From an uncultured Candidatus Saccharibacteria bacterium (GTDB lineage Bacteria > Patescibacteriota > Minisyncoccia > UBA6257 > JAKLIH01): a stretch of 34,097 nucleotides of DNA. Shown piece after piece: positions 1 through 10,768 of the stretch. The notes beneath the pieces were generated by a model. That model did no database searches and was not told the DNA's origin. It was given only the letters and a program-made list of their open reading frames with translations. Location: the NCBI GenBank assembly GCA_964651585.1, contig CAZYWI010000001.1:1-34097 (forward strand). Reading direction: 5' to 3'. The position numbers were made by a program, and so were the translations under genes. Position 1 is the stretch's first letter. Each line of letters opens with the position of its first letter.

Positions 1-832
1 ACACAAATGGTATTTTTTCACCTTGAACATTAAACTCATAAATTAAAAGCAAACATTCCCCAGCACCACTTGTATATCCGGTTTTACCTCCTCAAATCTC
101 ATCAATTTGCCCCAATAACTCATTCGTGGTGACAATAAGATGAGTTTCTCCAGTAAGCGATTTAAAACTGGCGGATTTTGTCCTAGTGATTTCTCCTATA
201 ATGGGATAGTTATAATAAATATAACGCGATAATTTAAATAAGTCAAGCGCGGTAGTAAAATTTCCTTTATCATCAAAGCAAAGAGGATCAAAAAAAACAG
301 TATCTTCCATTCCTATTTCTTTTATTTTTTCGTTCATTAAAGCAGCAAATTTTTCTCTGCCATAATAAGAGGCTAAAATCATAGAAGAATCGTTGGCTGA
401 CATAATAAGCGTCATATTTAATAAATCTCTTACTTTGACTTTTTCGCCTTTTTCAAAATGAATTGTACCTCAATTTTTATTCAACATACTTTCGTCTATA
501 GTAATAACGCCGTCTAAGTCCATTTTATCTAAAACAACTAAGGCGGCGATTAATTTACCAATAGAAGCTGGAAAAGTATGTAAAGTGGCATTTTTGCTAT
601 AAATAATTTGATTAGTTTTTAAATTACCTATTAAAACAATAGGGGCTTCTATTTTTTCCGAGAACGTATATTTATTAACATTTTGATAAGATAAATCGAA
701 AAGGCTATGATTATCTTTTAATAAAACACCACCCTGATAATGAAAAAAAGATAAAAACAAAACTATTAAAATAACAGTAAGAAAAAATAATATCCACAAG
801 AATTTCTTTTTTATATATCTAACCTTTTCCAT
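1..832 (-). CDS. D-alanyl-D-alanine carboxypeptidase (peptidase S11, low-MW PBP); 3' end runs off the window
   Basis: Joins ORFs 470..832 and 92..415 plus 2..91 through in-frame TGA at 470 and 92. Has an N-terminal TM/signal segment, then SxxK (ASIGK), SxN (SAND) and KTG (GGKTGYT) motifs in canonical order. Confidence 0.85.
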
Positions 833-844
833 ACTGGTTATAAT

Positions 845-1426
845 TTAATAAATTTCTTTGTCACCTTCTTGATCAATGTTTTGGGTATTTTCTGATGCTT
901 GAAGTTGTGAGTTCTTCAATTTTTCATATTCTGGTAATTCAGAAATTTTTGTTAGACCTAAGAATTTCAATAAATTAAATGAAATTTCATATAAATAGGT
1001 ATTTCTGCGTTGAGGATGTGGATAGCGATCAATTAAGCCACGAATAAGCAGAGTTTTCAAGGGGTAAGAAGAATTTGCCCCCCTAATTTCTTCTATACCG
1101 CGATGAGAAATCGGGCCTCGGTAAGCAACAATAGACAAAACTTCTAAAGCAGTAGGTGTTAAATCGCCTTCTAAAACTAACTTGTTTAGCTTTTTAACAA
1201 AGTTACTTGCTTTTTCGTTAGTAACAAGCTGTACCATTCTTTTGCCACTGCTTTCTTTTTCTAAAATTGTTAGACCTCTGTCTTCTTCCTGATATTCATG
1301 AATTAATTCAGTAATTGCCTCCTGAACTTCTTCGTTATTTATTTCGCAAATTTTTGATAAATCTTCAAGAGACAATGGCTCTCCAGATGCAAATAATACC
1401 GCTTCAATTTTATATTTATTTTTCAT
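845..1426 (-). CDS. scpB: segregation and condensation protein B
   Basis: 193 aa intact ORF with the ScpB-type N-terminus (EAVLFASGEPLSLEDL) and tandem winged-helix layout. scpA lies two genes upstream. TAA stop. Confidence 0.85.
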   Translation of the reverse strand: MKNKYKIEAVLFASGEPLSLEDLSKICEINNEEVQEAITELIHEYQEEDRGLTILEKESSGKRMVQLVTNEKASNFVKKLNKLVLEGDLTPTALEVLSIVAYRGPISHRGIEEIRGANSSYPLKTLLIRGLIDRYPHPQRRNTYLYEISFNLLKFLGLTKISELPEYEKLKNSQLQASENTQNIDQEGDKEIY

Positions 1427-1435
1427 AATTTAAAA

Positions 1436-1924
1436 TTATTTATGCCATTCGTTATAAATGCCACTTTTAAAATAAGAATCTAACATTTTTAATTCCTCAT
1501 AAATGCCTTCAATCAAATCATAATTTTTACTCTCTTCAAAGCTAACCCAAGCAAAATCAGACATAGAATTTTGAAGATTAATTTCGCCGCTATCATAGTC
1601 AGCATATAAACTAACTATTATAGAAGGAATGCCATCAGATCTCACAAAAGCCATGCTCGTTAGATATCTCACGTTTTTAATATTAATACCCACCTCTTCT
1701 TGAATTTCTCTTTTTGCAACTCTTTCAAAAATATTATATCAATGATCCTTAGTATCTTTGGGCGTATTAATATAATCGCTCATCTCTAATTTACCACCCG
1801 GCACAGTCCATTTTCCAGGAAAATTTTTTTCTCAATCGGCCCTTTTTGTAATCAAATATTTATCTTCTTTCTTAACAATCACCGTTACTGATATATAGTG
1901 GGCTTTGTTTAGATTATATTCCAT
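1436..1924 (-). CDS. NUDIX hydrolase
   Basis: 162 aa after reading TGA at 1832 and 1739 as Trp. Starts MEYNLNKAHY at 1924. Nudix box core REIQEEVGI follows GKWTVPGGKLE, with an insertion inside the box. Confidence 0.7.
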
Positions 1925-1954
1925 AAGTTTGTATAATACTTATTAAAATAATAT

Positions 1955-2656
1955 TTAATTTACTTTAACATTAATGTCGGCAAAATTTTTATCTTGCTCC
2001 AGCCCTATGACTCCTTCTTTAGCTAAATGAAGTATTGCCAAGAAACTAACAATCATATCAATTTTATCGTTTTGATTAATCAACTCTTTAAATTTATAAG
2101 TTTTTCCTTTAGTTAATAATCGCAAAATTTGTTGAATTCTTTCTTTCAAGTTTACCAAAACTTTGATTTTTTTAGAAGGATGAGAAACGTTTTCTTTTTG
2201 ATAAATCTCCAAGATTTTAATAAAAGCATTAGCAATATCATCTGAGGATAAAGCTGAGGGCGGTGAAAATTGAATGATATTCTGCAAAAAAGGTTCGCGA
2301 CTATAAAAATAGTTTTGCTGGTTAAATAATTCTCTAAACAATAAAGATTTTTCTTTAAATAATTTATAAATAGCGAGCCTATCTTTAAGACTGAAAATCT
2401 CTTCATTCTCTTCCGGGGTCAATTGTAAAGTAGGTAGAATAGCTTTTGACTTAATAAGAAGCAAGGTTGAAGCAATCACTAAAAAATCCGCCAAATCATT
2501 AGGAGAAATTTCTTCTGATTCTAAATATCTTAAATAATCACTAGTAATTTCAGAGAGATTAATCTCGGTAATTTCTAAATGTTTTTCCTCAATTAATTTC
2601 AGAAGCAAATCTAAAGGTCCTGAAAATTTTTCTGTTGTAATAGTAAACTCAGTCAT
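1955..2656 (-). CDS. scpA: segregation and condensation protein A
   Basis: 233 aa intact ORF with the kleisin ScpA N-terminus (FSGPLDLLLKLIEEKHLEITEINLSEIT). Confidence 0.85.
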   Translation of the reverse strand: MTEFTITTEKFSGPLDLLLKLIEEKHLEITEINLSEITSDYLRYLESEEISPNDLADFLVIASTLLLIKSKAILPTLQLTPEENEEIFSLKDRLAIYKLFKEKSLLFRELFNQQNYFYSREPFLQNIIQFSPPSALSSDDIANAFIKILEIYQKENVSHPSKKIKVLVNLKERIQQILRLLTKGKTYKFKELINQNDKIDMIVSFLAILHLAKEGVIGLEQDKNFADINVKVN

Positions 2657-2682
2657 ATTAACTGGCTAAAAATATCAACTTT

Positions 2683-5286
2683 TTATAAATTTTTCCCACA
2701 ACAATGCTTGTATTTTTTGCCACTACCACAAGGACAAGGATCATTACGACCTACTTTTTTCTTTTCTCCAGAAATAATAATGCTTGGCTTAGCTTCTACT
2801 TTTACTTCTTTCTTTTCTACTTTCATTATAAAATCTAAAACATAATCATTAAATTTTGATAACAATTCTTCGTAAGATTCGTAAGAAAGCCGTTTATATT
2901 CTACTAAAGGATCTTTTTGAGCATAAGATTGCAAACTAGCTGAATCTCTAAGAGCTTCCATTTTCTCTAAATGAATCGTTCACAAAAAATCAATAGCTTG
3001 CAAAGAAATCTGTTTAATAATTTCCATAAATTGTATTTCACCAAATTTTACTTTCTTCTCGCGATAAACTGTTTCCATTTTTTGCTCTAAAATATTTTGT
3101 ATCCTCTCTTTTTTATTAAAATTTCTCTGAATTTCTGCTGTTTCATCTTCGGAAAAATGTAAAGTAAGATCAGCCAAATAAGTTTGGGCCTTTTCAAAAT
3201 CTAACCTATTAGTATAAACAAAATCGAGAAAGTTGTTAATTCTATCTTGATAAATTCCTCTCACATATTGATCTAAATCCCCCACTGAAGAAATTTTCAA
3301 AATATTATTTCTTTTACTATAAATTGCCCCGCGTTGCTTATTTAATACATCATCGTATTCTAAAATATGACGCCTTAAATCCAAATTAATACCTTCAATT
3401 TTTGTCTGGGCAGATTCAATGGCCCTCGTAATCATTGGATGCTCAATTGGCTCCTCTTCCGAAAATCCAAAACGTTTCATCAAAACACCAATAGTTTTTG
3501 GTGCAAAAATTTTAATTAATTCGTCTTCTAAAGAAACAAAAAATTGAGTTTCTCCTGGATCACCCTGTCTCCCCGCCCTTCCACGTAATTGATTATCAAT
3601 TCTTCTGGCTTCATGCCTTTCTGTACCTAAAACAAATAAGCCTCCTAGTTTTAATACCTCATCCCTTTCCTCAACATCTAAGGGATTACCACCTAAAATA
3701 ATATCAACGCCACGGCCAGCCATATTAGTGGCTACCGTGACAGCACCCTTTCTGCCGGCTTGAGCAATAATTTGACCTTCTTGCTCATGCTGTTTGGCAT
3801 TTAAAACATTGCAAGGAATGCCCTCGTGCTTTAACATTTGAGCAATTATTTCATTAATTTCTACTGAGCGAGTACCTAATAAAATTGGCTGACCTTTTTC
3901 GTGACGCTGTTTAATTTCTCGAACAATAGCCTTATATTTACCATTGAGAGTCTGATAAATTCTATCGGGTAAATCTTTTCTAATCATCGGTTTATTAGTA
4001 GGAATTACGACAGTCTCTAAACTATAAACCTTTAAAAATTCTTCTGCAGAAGTAGCGGCAGTTCCGGTCATTCCGGCCAAATATTTATACATACGAAAAT
4101 AATTTTGAATAGTAATAGTTGCTATAGTTCTACTTTCGGGATTCACATAAACTCCTTCTTTTGCTTCTAAAGCTTGATGAAGTCCACCAGAATAACGCCT
4201 ATCGGGTAAAACTCTGCCAGTAAATTCATCAACAATCAAAATTTTCCCATCTTTAACAATATAATCTTTATCTTTTTGAAAAAGTACATAAGCTTTCAAA
4301 GCTTCTTCTAAATGATGGACATAATTGATTCCTTCTAAATCAAAAATATTTTTTCCTAAAATTGCTTCTAATTTATTTAACCCAGGTTCAAGCAAAGAAA
4401 TAGTTTTGTTTTTGTAATCAACTAAAAAATCATCATTTTCTTTTAATTTCGGCACAATTAAAGCAAATTGCTTATATAAAACAGATGATTCTTCGTCAGG
4501 CTGTGAAATAATTAAAGGCGTACGAGCTTCATCAATTAAAATACTGTCAACCTCATCAATAATAGCGAAATAATGACCTCGCTGAACAACATCCTCGGCC
4601 CTCGTCACTAAATTATCACGTAAATAATCGAAACCGAATTCCGAACTCGTGCCGTAAGTAATATCAGCGTCGTAAGCTTCTTTTTTTGTACAAGGACGTA
4701 AATACTCTTCAAACACTTTAAAACTTGCTAAAAGATCTCTTTGCTCATCCAATTGTTGTTGATCAATGTTAACTTTTTCCTGGGTATAAGAGGGGTCATA
4801 AAGATAAGACGCGCTTTGAGTAATGCAGCCAACGCTTAATCCCAAACTATAATAAATCTGCCCCATCCAAACAGCATCACGGCGAGCCAAATAATCATTA
4901 ACCGTAATAATATGAACTCCTTTACCAACTAAAGCATTAAGATAAGCTGGCAAGGTGGCCGCCAAAGTTTTACCCTCGCCTGTTTTCATTTCGGTGATTT
5001 TATGTTGGTGAAGAGCTATTCCTCCTAAAAGCTGCACATCAAAATGACGCTGCCCTAAAGTACGCCTCGATGTCTCTCTCACTAATGCAAAAGCCTCGGG
5101 TAAAATATCATCCAATTTTGCTTGGTTTGCTCTAATAAGAGTTTTGAGATTCGTTGATCGAGCTAATAATTCTTCAGTTGATAAATCTAATAAAGTTGGC
5201 TCTAAATCATTAATGTTTTTTATTAAAGCTGTGTTTTTCTGAACAAATTTTTTATTGGTATCTAATAAATTACTAAAAATTGACAT
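2683..5286 (-). CDS. secA: preprotein translocase ATPase SecA
   Basis: 867 aa. ORFs 2980..5286 and 2683..2961 join through TGA at 2980, which aligns with the conserved D.LW.EHL Trp. DEAD-like motor motifs are present ([12 protein letters not shown]). The C-terminal Zn finger is [14 protein letters not shown]. Confidence 0.97.
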
Positions 5287-5325
5287 AAATAATCTTATAA
5301 CTTTTTAATTAAAATAACACTATTA

Positions 5326-5354
5326 AGTATAGCAAAATTAATATAAAAATACAA
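5326..5354 (-). promoter_or_regulatory. candidate sigma70-type promoter for the secA operon
   Basis: Minus strand reads TTGTAT, 17 nt, TGcTATACT (extended -10). The -10 ends about 40 nt upstream of the secA ATG. Confidence 0.45.
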
Positions 5355-5426
5355 CTGAATATTCTTAGCTTATCATCATTGCTAAAAATATAAATTTTAT
5401 GAAAGTATTAAGATAGAAATTTCAAA

Positions 5427-5459
5427 ATGTACGTACGCTTGTACATACAACATACGACT
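5427..5459. repeat. GTAC-rich palindromic motif, copy A (upstream of the secA promoter)
   Basis: Plus strand is ATGTACgtacgcttGTACAT (6-bp inverted arms) followed by ACAACATACGACT. Shares TGTACGT with copy C and TACGACT with copy B. Confidence 0.5.
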
Positions 5460-5547
5460 TCAAAAATAATTTTAATTATAAACTTCAGCCAATTTTAATC
5501 TTTCTTTTGATTCTCTTAGTAAGCTAAAACTACCGGGTTTAATAAAA

Positions 5548-5572
5548 CCTCCTCCTTAAAATAAGGAGGAGG
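5548..5572 (-). terminator. intrinsic terminator
   Basis: Perfect 11-bp GC-rich stem CCTCCTCCTTA/TAAGGAGGAGG with a 3-nt loop. On the minus strand it is followed directly by TTTTATT. It sits 49 nt downstream of the micro-ORF stop. Confidence 0.7.
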
Positions 5573-5620
5573 AGAAAGCTTTCCTAAAATAACTAATTAG
5601 GTAAGTAATTTTTGGAAAAA

Positions 5621-5674
5621 TTACTTCTTCTTATTCTTTGCTTTTTTTGCTTTTTTTGCTTTCTTAGTAGCCAT
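5621..5674 (-). CDS. hypothetical 17-aa polybasic micro-protein (MATKKAKKAKKAKNKKK)
   Basis: ATG..TAA micro-ORF built on about 3 tandem copies of a 9-nt unit (GCAAAAAAA on the coding strand). It lies between a TTGCAT-17-TATAAT promoter and a strong terminator. No homology evidence is available, and it could be non-coding. Confidence 0.3.
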   Translation of the reverse strand: MATKKAKKAKKAKNKKK

Positions 5675-5830
5675 AATTATAATTTAATTTTTTATTATCT
5701 CCATCGACCAACTTTATGGAGCGATTTCATTTTATAATGTTATTAAACATCTCTTTTTCGTTTGTTAAAACATTTTTATAAAACGTAAAAACTATTATTA
5801 ATAATTTTTGTAATTTTATATTTCATTATA

Positions 5831-5859
5831 ATTATAAACACTTTTTTGAAAAAATGCAA
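5831..5859 (-). promoter_or_regulatory. candidate sigma70-type promoter in the murB-secA spacer
   Basis: Minus strand reads TTGCAT, 17 nt, TATAAT (consensus -10, immediately repeated). It lies about 150 nt upstream of the micro-ORF. Confidence 0.4.
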
Positions 5860-6028
5860 GTATTTTTTCCACTTTTTTATTTTTACATCCAAATATATTC
5901 AAATAAATTATTTTTAAAATTGTCTAAAAAATAATTTTTTAAAATAAATCTAAAGTTTACAAAAATTATCACACCAAACTATCAAATTGACTTAATAATT
6001 TTTCAGAAAACACGAATGATTAATGAAT

Positions 6029-7009
6029 TTATTGTTTAAAACCCACTAATTCTATCTCTTCTTCAAGCTTCACGCCAAATCTTTTAAAGACAACTTGCTT
6101 AATATGCTGAATTAGCTTGTAAATATCGGCACTTTTGGCATTATTGCTATTGACAATAAAATTAGCATGAAGATTAGAAACCTGAGCGCCCCCTATTTGA
6201 TAACCCTTAAGACCACTCTGTTCGATTAAATATCCAGCGGGCACTTGATAAGTTTTCCCTTTTTTAATTACAACTAAAGATGTCTGATTTTGAAATTTTT
6301 TAGGAAATCGATTCAGGGGTATGTTTTTAAAAACACAACCTGCACTAGGTAATGAGTAGGGTTGAGATTTGTGACGCTTCATTAAAATTTCTTGTATTTT
6401 ATTTTTAATTTCTTGATTAGTAATTTTTGCTGGCTGATCAATAAGTTGAACTTCCCAAATAATATAAGGCTGATGTTTAAAAATGCTATCGCGATAGTGA
6501 AACGAACATTTATTTTTTGATAAAGTAACAGATTTCGTTTTACTATTAAACTTGCTAAGATGAGAATATTTAATTGCTGTAACTTTCAAAATGCCATTAC
6601 TAATTTCTTTATTACTCACACCCGCATTACCACGAACAGCTCCACCAATACTGCCGGGAATACCTACTAAATCTATAAGATTAACTAATTTATAATCAAA
6701 CATATAATTTAAGGCAGTCATTAAAGTTACACCCGCACCAAAAGTACTGATATATTTATTCTGCTTTTTAAGTATCTCCTGTTTATTATTTTGAATTTTT
6801 AGCACTAAACCATCAAAACCGTCATCACTTATTAAAAGATTACTACCTCCACCTAAAATAAAAACGTTGAGCTTGTTTTGATTGGCTCAAGCTAAAGATT
6901 TTATTAATTGGTCTTCATTTTCTATGGTGGCAAAATATTTCGCCTCTCCCCCAGTTCTATAAGTAGTATATTTAGCTAAAAGAACATGCTTTTGAATAAA
7001 AATATCCAT
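6029..7009 (-). CDS. murB: UDP-N-acetylenolpyruvoylglucosamine reductase
   Basis: 326 aa. ORF 6029..6805 extends upstream through TGA at 6887 to ATG at 7009. The N-terminus is MDIFIQKHVLLAKYTTYRTGGEAKYF..ILGGGSNLL (FAD-binding domain). The C-terminus carries MurB SAGCVFKN and GGAQVS motifs. Confidence 0.9.
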
Positions 7010-7013
7010 ATGA

Positions 7014-7415
7014 TTATTTTGACGAGTTTAATTTATCTAAAAAAGATTGAAGAATTAGAGAAGCAGCAACATCATCAACTCTTTTTGTTTTGTTATTTCA
7101 GTTATAAGCTTCTTTAGTTGATAAAATTTCATTCTCCTCATAAACATTAACTCCAGTTATTTTATTTTTAACAAAATTAAAAAAAGATTTGGTAATTTTT
7201 GTTTGGTCAGTATCAGTAAAATTAAAACTTAAAGGTATACCTATAACGATATCGGTGATGTTCTCACCTTTAATGATCTCAAGCAAAGATTTCAAAATAA
7301 AAGCTTTATTTTTATTATCAATAATTTTATAAGGAAATGCTACTTTTCTATCTTCGTCACTTATAGATAGGCCTATTCTTTTCTCGCCATAATCAATTCC
7401 TAACACTTTACCCAT
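7014..7415 (-). CDS. ruvX: YqgF/RuvX-family putative pre-16S rRNA nuclease (Holliday junction resolvase-like)
   Basis: 133 aa. ORF 7098..7415 continues through TGA at 7098 to TAA at 7014. The N-terminus is GIDYGEKRIGLSISD, and the C-terminal VDDVAASLILQSFL is typical of YqgF. Confidence 0.85.
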
Positions 7416-7453
7416 TTTAAAACTTTATTTTGATTTTTTATAAGAGTGGTTTC

Positions 7454-8215
7454 TTAGAGAGTTAAAATAAGCGATTTTTGAGGCATCACTGCTATTGAAT
7501 GTTCAAAATGGCAAGCTGGCTCTCCATTTAAAGTAGAAAAAGAGCCGTCAGGATTCTCAATAATTTCTCCGCTCTCATAAGTGAGCATTGGTTCTAAAGC
7601 CAAAACATTACCTTTATTTAAAACAATGCCTTTATGAGGCCTGCCAAAGTTAAAAACTTCCGGACTTTCATGAAGCTCATATCCCACACCATGACCGACT
7701 AAATTTTTAATTACCACTAAACCATTTTTCTCAGCACAACTCTGAATGGCATAGCCAACATCACCAAGAGTATGGCCAGCAATAGCCGCCTTAATTCCCT
7801 CTAATAAAGCGCGCTTTGTTACAGTTAAAAGCTTTTTCTTTTTGTCGGAAATTTTGCCTATACCAATACTAATGGCACTGTCCACAAATAAATTTTTATA
7901 AATCAACCCCAGATCCAGTGATACTAAATCTCCTACAGCTAAAATTAAATCTTTGGTTGGTACTCCGTGAACGATTACTTCATTTTTGGAAACGCATAAA
8001 GAATGAGTGAAAGGAATATCCATAAAATTAGCTTGATAATTTAAAAATGCTGGTTTTGCACCAGCCTGAGTAATTAAATCATAAGCCATTTTATCTAACA
8101 TATCGCCAGATACCCCCGGCTTAGCAGCTTGAGCAAGCTGCTTTAGAATACGGGATAAAAGCTTTCCTCCTTCCCTTAATGTTTTAATTTCTTGCTGAGT
8201 TTTGGTTGTAATCAT
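7454..8215 (-). CDS. map: methionine aminopeptidase type I
   Basis: 253 aa from the internal ATG at 8215 (MITTKTQQEIKTLREGGKLL). Metal-ligand context is present (D..D, HGVGYELHE, LEPM, FEH). The longer track ORF starting at 8341 would overlap adk. Confidence 0.9.
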   Translation of the reverse strand: MITTKTQQEIKTLREGGKLLSRILKQLAQAAKPGVSGDMLDKMAYDLITQAGAKPAFLNYQANFMDIPFTHSLCVSKNEVIVHGVPTKDLILAVGDLVSLDLGLIYKNLFVDSAISIGIGKISDKKKKLLTVTKRALLEGIKAAIAGHTLGDVGYAIQSCAEKNGLVVIKNLVGHGVGYELHESPEVFNFGRPHKGIVLNKGNVLALEPMLTYESGEIIENPDGSFSTLNGEPACHFEHSIAVMPQKSLILTL

Positions 8216-8270
8216 AATAAAATAATTTATAGCTCCTCTAGTGTTTCCAACCCCAATAATCAATTCGAAA

Positions 8271-8924
8271 TTATTTGGAAAGAATATTGTCGATAATTTG
8301 AGTAATGTTTTGATGAATTTCCTCAATTGAACCAATGGCATTTACAGAATAGAGAATTTGTTTCTCCTTTAAAAAGTTGATAGCTGGAATAATGTCCCGA
8401 TAAAAAACTTCTAAGCGAGTTTTAATTACTTCCGGATTGTCGTCATTTCTTTGAATTAAATCACCGCCACAATTAGGACATTTTTCAAGACCCGGATTAA
8501 GAGCTAAAGAAAGGGATTCTCCACACTGATCGCAATAGCGTCTCGTTGTTGACCTCTTATAAACCTCTTCGTCGGGCATATCTAAATAAATCGCAATAAG
8601 AGGTTTCGCTTCTAATCAATTGAAAAATTCAACTAAAGACTCTGCCTCTATAAGATAGCGTGGGTTGCCTTCAAAAATCACACCCTGTCCTTCTGGCAAT
8701 TCTATAATTCTTTTAACCCAAACAAAAGTAGTAAGAGCCACTGGCACTAAATATCCTTTTTGAATGGTCTCATTAATTTTAGCCGCAATATCATTTTTGC
8801 CATTTTTAGCTCATTCACGTAAAAGATGACCTGTTTGTACTATCTCTAAATTATACTTTTGCGCCAATAACTTTGCCTGAGTATCTTTGCCACAATTTGG
8901 CTTTCCCGTTATAAAAATAATCAT
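8271..8924 (-). CDS. adk: adenylate kinase with Zn-binding lid
   Basis: 217 aa. ORF 8271..8579 extends upstream through TGA at 8616 and 8811 to ATG at 8924. The P-loop is MIIFITGKPNCGKDT, and the lid is CDQCG..CPNCGG. Confidence 0.9.
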
Positions 8925-9061
8925 AAAAATAAATTACTTTATAATAGTTCGTTAAAATGCCCACTTTTGCTACTATCTTTAATTCGCCTGCCATAAAGAT
9001 GATTAAAATTCTAAAACAATAGGTAAATTAATTAGGTCAAGAAAAATAATATTTTCTCTAA

Positions 9062-10330
9062 TTAATAATCATACTTCCTCATTGTAATCTGGGCTTCGAT
9101 TTCTCTTTTAATTTCAATAGCCACGGCGACTAAAATGAGAATCGAAGTACCACCTAAATTAAAGGTATTTACTTTGGTCACCCCCTCTAAAATCATCGGT
9201 AAAATTGCTATCAAAGCAAGAAATAAAGCGCCAAACAAGGTGATCCGACTGGAAATTTGAGATAAATATTCCGCTGTTTTTTCTCCTGGTCTATATCCCG
9301 GAATAAAACCACCCATTTTCTGCAAATTTTCAGAAATTTCTTTCGGCTCAAAAGTAATACTGGTATAAAAGAAAGTGAAGAAAAATACCAATAAAAAGTA
9401 GACGGCAGAATAAACGATCTGGTTTTGAAATAGGTTAACAAGAAAAGTACCGATTTGAAGTGCGGCAGCATATTTGGTTGCAACTAAAAGCTGCCCAATA
9501 AAACTCGGGAGCATTAAAACAGAAATAGCAAAAATAATTGGAATAACACCTGCTTGGTTCACTTTTAAAGGTAATTGAGTGGTGACTCCTCCATACATTT
9601 TGTTACCCCTGACATGTTTTGCATAAGACACTGGGATTCTTCTTTCCCCTTCGGTCACAAAAACAACAGCTACAATCATAAGCAACGCTAATACCAAGAA
9701 AGAAATAATATTGAAAATTTGGTTAGATTTGTAAGTAAAAAAAGTTGTTACAAAACTTCTAGGTAAATCAGCAACAATACCTGCAAAAATTATTAAAGAA
9801 ATGCCATTGCCCATTTTTTGTTCTGTAATTAAATCACCTATTCAAACGAGAATCATAGAAACAGCTGTTAGTACAACTATATCTCGCAACAAAACAAAAT
9901 TAGAAGAAACTTGGATAATTTTTTGAAATTCAAACAAGCGAATCATAGCAAATCCCTGAAGTGCTGCCAAAGGTATTGTTAATCATCTTGAGTAATTTCC
10001 GAATTTTCTTCTTCCTTCAGCGCCTTCTTCGTGAAACATTTCTTTAAGGCTTGGAATCACCATTGCTAAAAGCTGAAGAATAATTGAGCTCGTGATATAT
10101 GGACCAATACCTAAAAGTGCTATAGATAAATTTTTAAAAGCACCGCCAGTAAAAATATTAAATAAACCAAGAATCTGATTAGCCTCTAAAAAACTTTTAA
10201 GTTTATCTGGGCTTACGTCGGATAAAGGAATTATAGTAAGTAAACGAAAAACTAAAAGTAATCCAAAAATATTAAGAATCTTTTTCCTTAAATCTTTTGT
10301 TTTAAAAATTGTAATAAGATTTTTAAACAT
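9062..10330 (-). CDS. secY: preprotein translocase subunit SecY
   Basis: 422 aa. ORFs 9983..10330 and 9062..9814 join through TGA at 9983 and 9842. The second aligns with the Trp of the conserved M.W.GE.ITE segment (MILV-W-IGDLITEQKMGNGISLIIFAGI). Confidence 0.95.
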
Positions 10331-10339
10331 AAGCTAATT

Positions 10340-10768
10340 TTATTCTATCTTTCCGCCAGCTTGCTCTATTTCGGAAGCTGCACCTTTAGAAACCTTGATA
10401 GCGGACGAAATGACATATTTTTTATTAATTGGCTTTTTAGAAGCAATAATTTTAAATTGCGTTTTTAATGAAGGGATAAAATGATACTGCTTTAAAATTT
10501 CTGGAGTAATTTTGGTACTCTCAGGAATAATTTTGCTTAGTTCATCTAAACGAATCTCGATCTTATGACGAGAAACAGAGGTATTTTTAGCACCTCGCCA
10601 TTTTGGTAGCCTTAAAAACGCCTCTTTTATTTGAGGCTTGATTTTTCTACCAGCCCGGGCCTTTTGACCTTTTTGGCCTTTTCCCGAATATGTTCCTTTT
10701 TTGCCTCCTCTACCTATATTTTTTGCCTTTTTATTTTTATGAAGAGGCTTCAGATTGTGTATTTGCAT
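10340..10768 (-). CDS. rplO: 50S ribosomal protein L15
   Basis: 142 aa, MQIHNLKP..GRGGKKGTYSGKGQKGQKARAG. Its start overlaps the rpsE 3' end by 32 nt. Confidence 0.93.
   Translation of the reverse strand: MQIHNLKPLHKNKKAKNIGRGGKKGTYSGKGQKGQKARAGRKIKPQIKEAFLRLPKWRGAKNTSVSRHKIEIRLDELSKIIPESTKITPEILKQYHFIPSLKTQFKIIASKKPINKKYVISSAIKVSKGAASEIEQAGGKIE

Noticed and set aside
2152-2406. Alternative-frame minus-strand ORFs inside scpA (2152..2406), secY (9211..9483) and rplC (18970..19155).
   Set aside because: They are fully nested in conserved genes in another frame, with low-complexity AT-codon composition and no recognisable motifs.
5450-5470. Resemblance of ACATACGACTTCAAAAATA (and 21519..21535) to the T7-type promoter core TAATACGACTCACTATA.
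   Set aside because: Only the ATACGACT core matches. It lies on the plus strand, which has no genes, and there is no phage context. It is treated as part of the recurring GTAC/TACGACT motif.
8216-8341. Long N-terminal extension of map (track ORF start at 8341) overlapping adk by 71 nt.
   Set aside because: The extension has no MetAP homology. The internal ATG at 8215 gives a canonical type I MetAP N-terminus and a normal 55-nt spacer.
8925-9061. A possible small gene (infA or rpmJ-like) or promoter in the 137-nt secY-adk spacer (CTTGACC box at about 9035).
   Set aside because: The only ORF (MAGELKIV...) runs into adk in another frame and resembles no small r-protein or IF-1. The -35-like box has no acceptable -10 at 16-18 nt.
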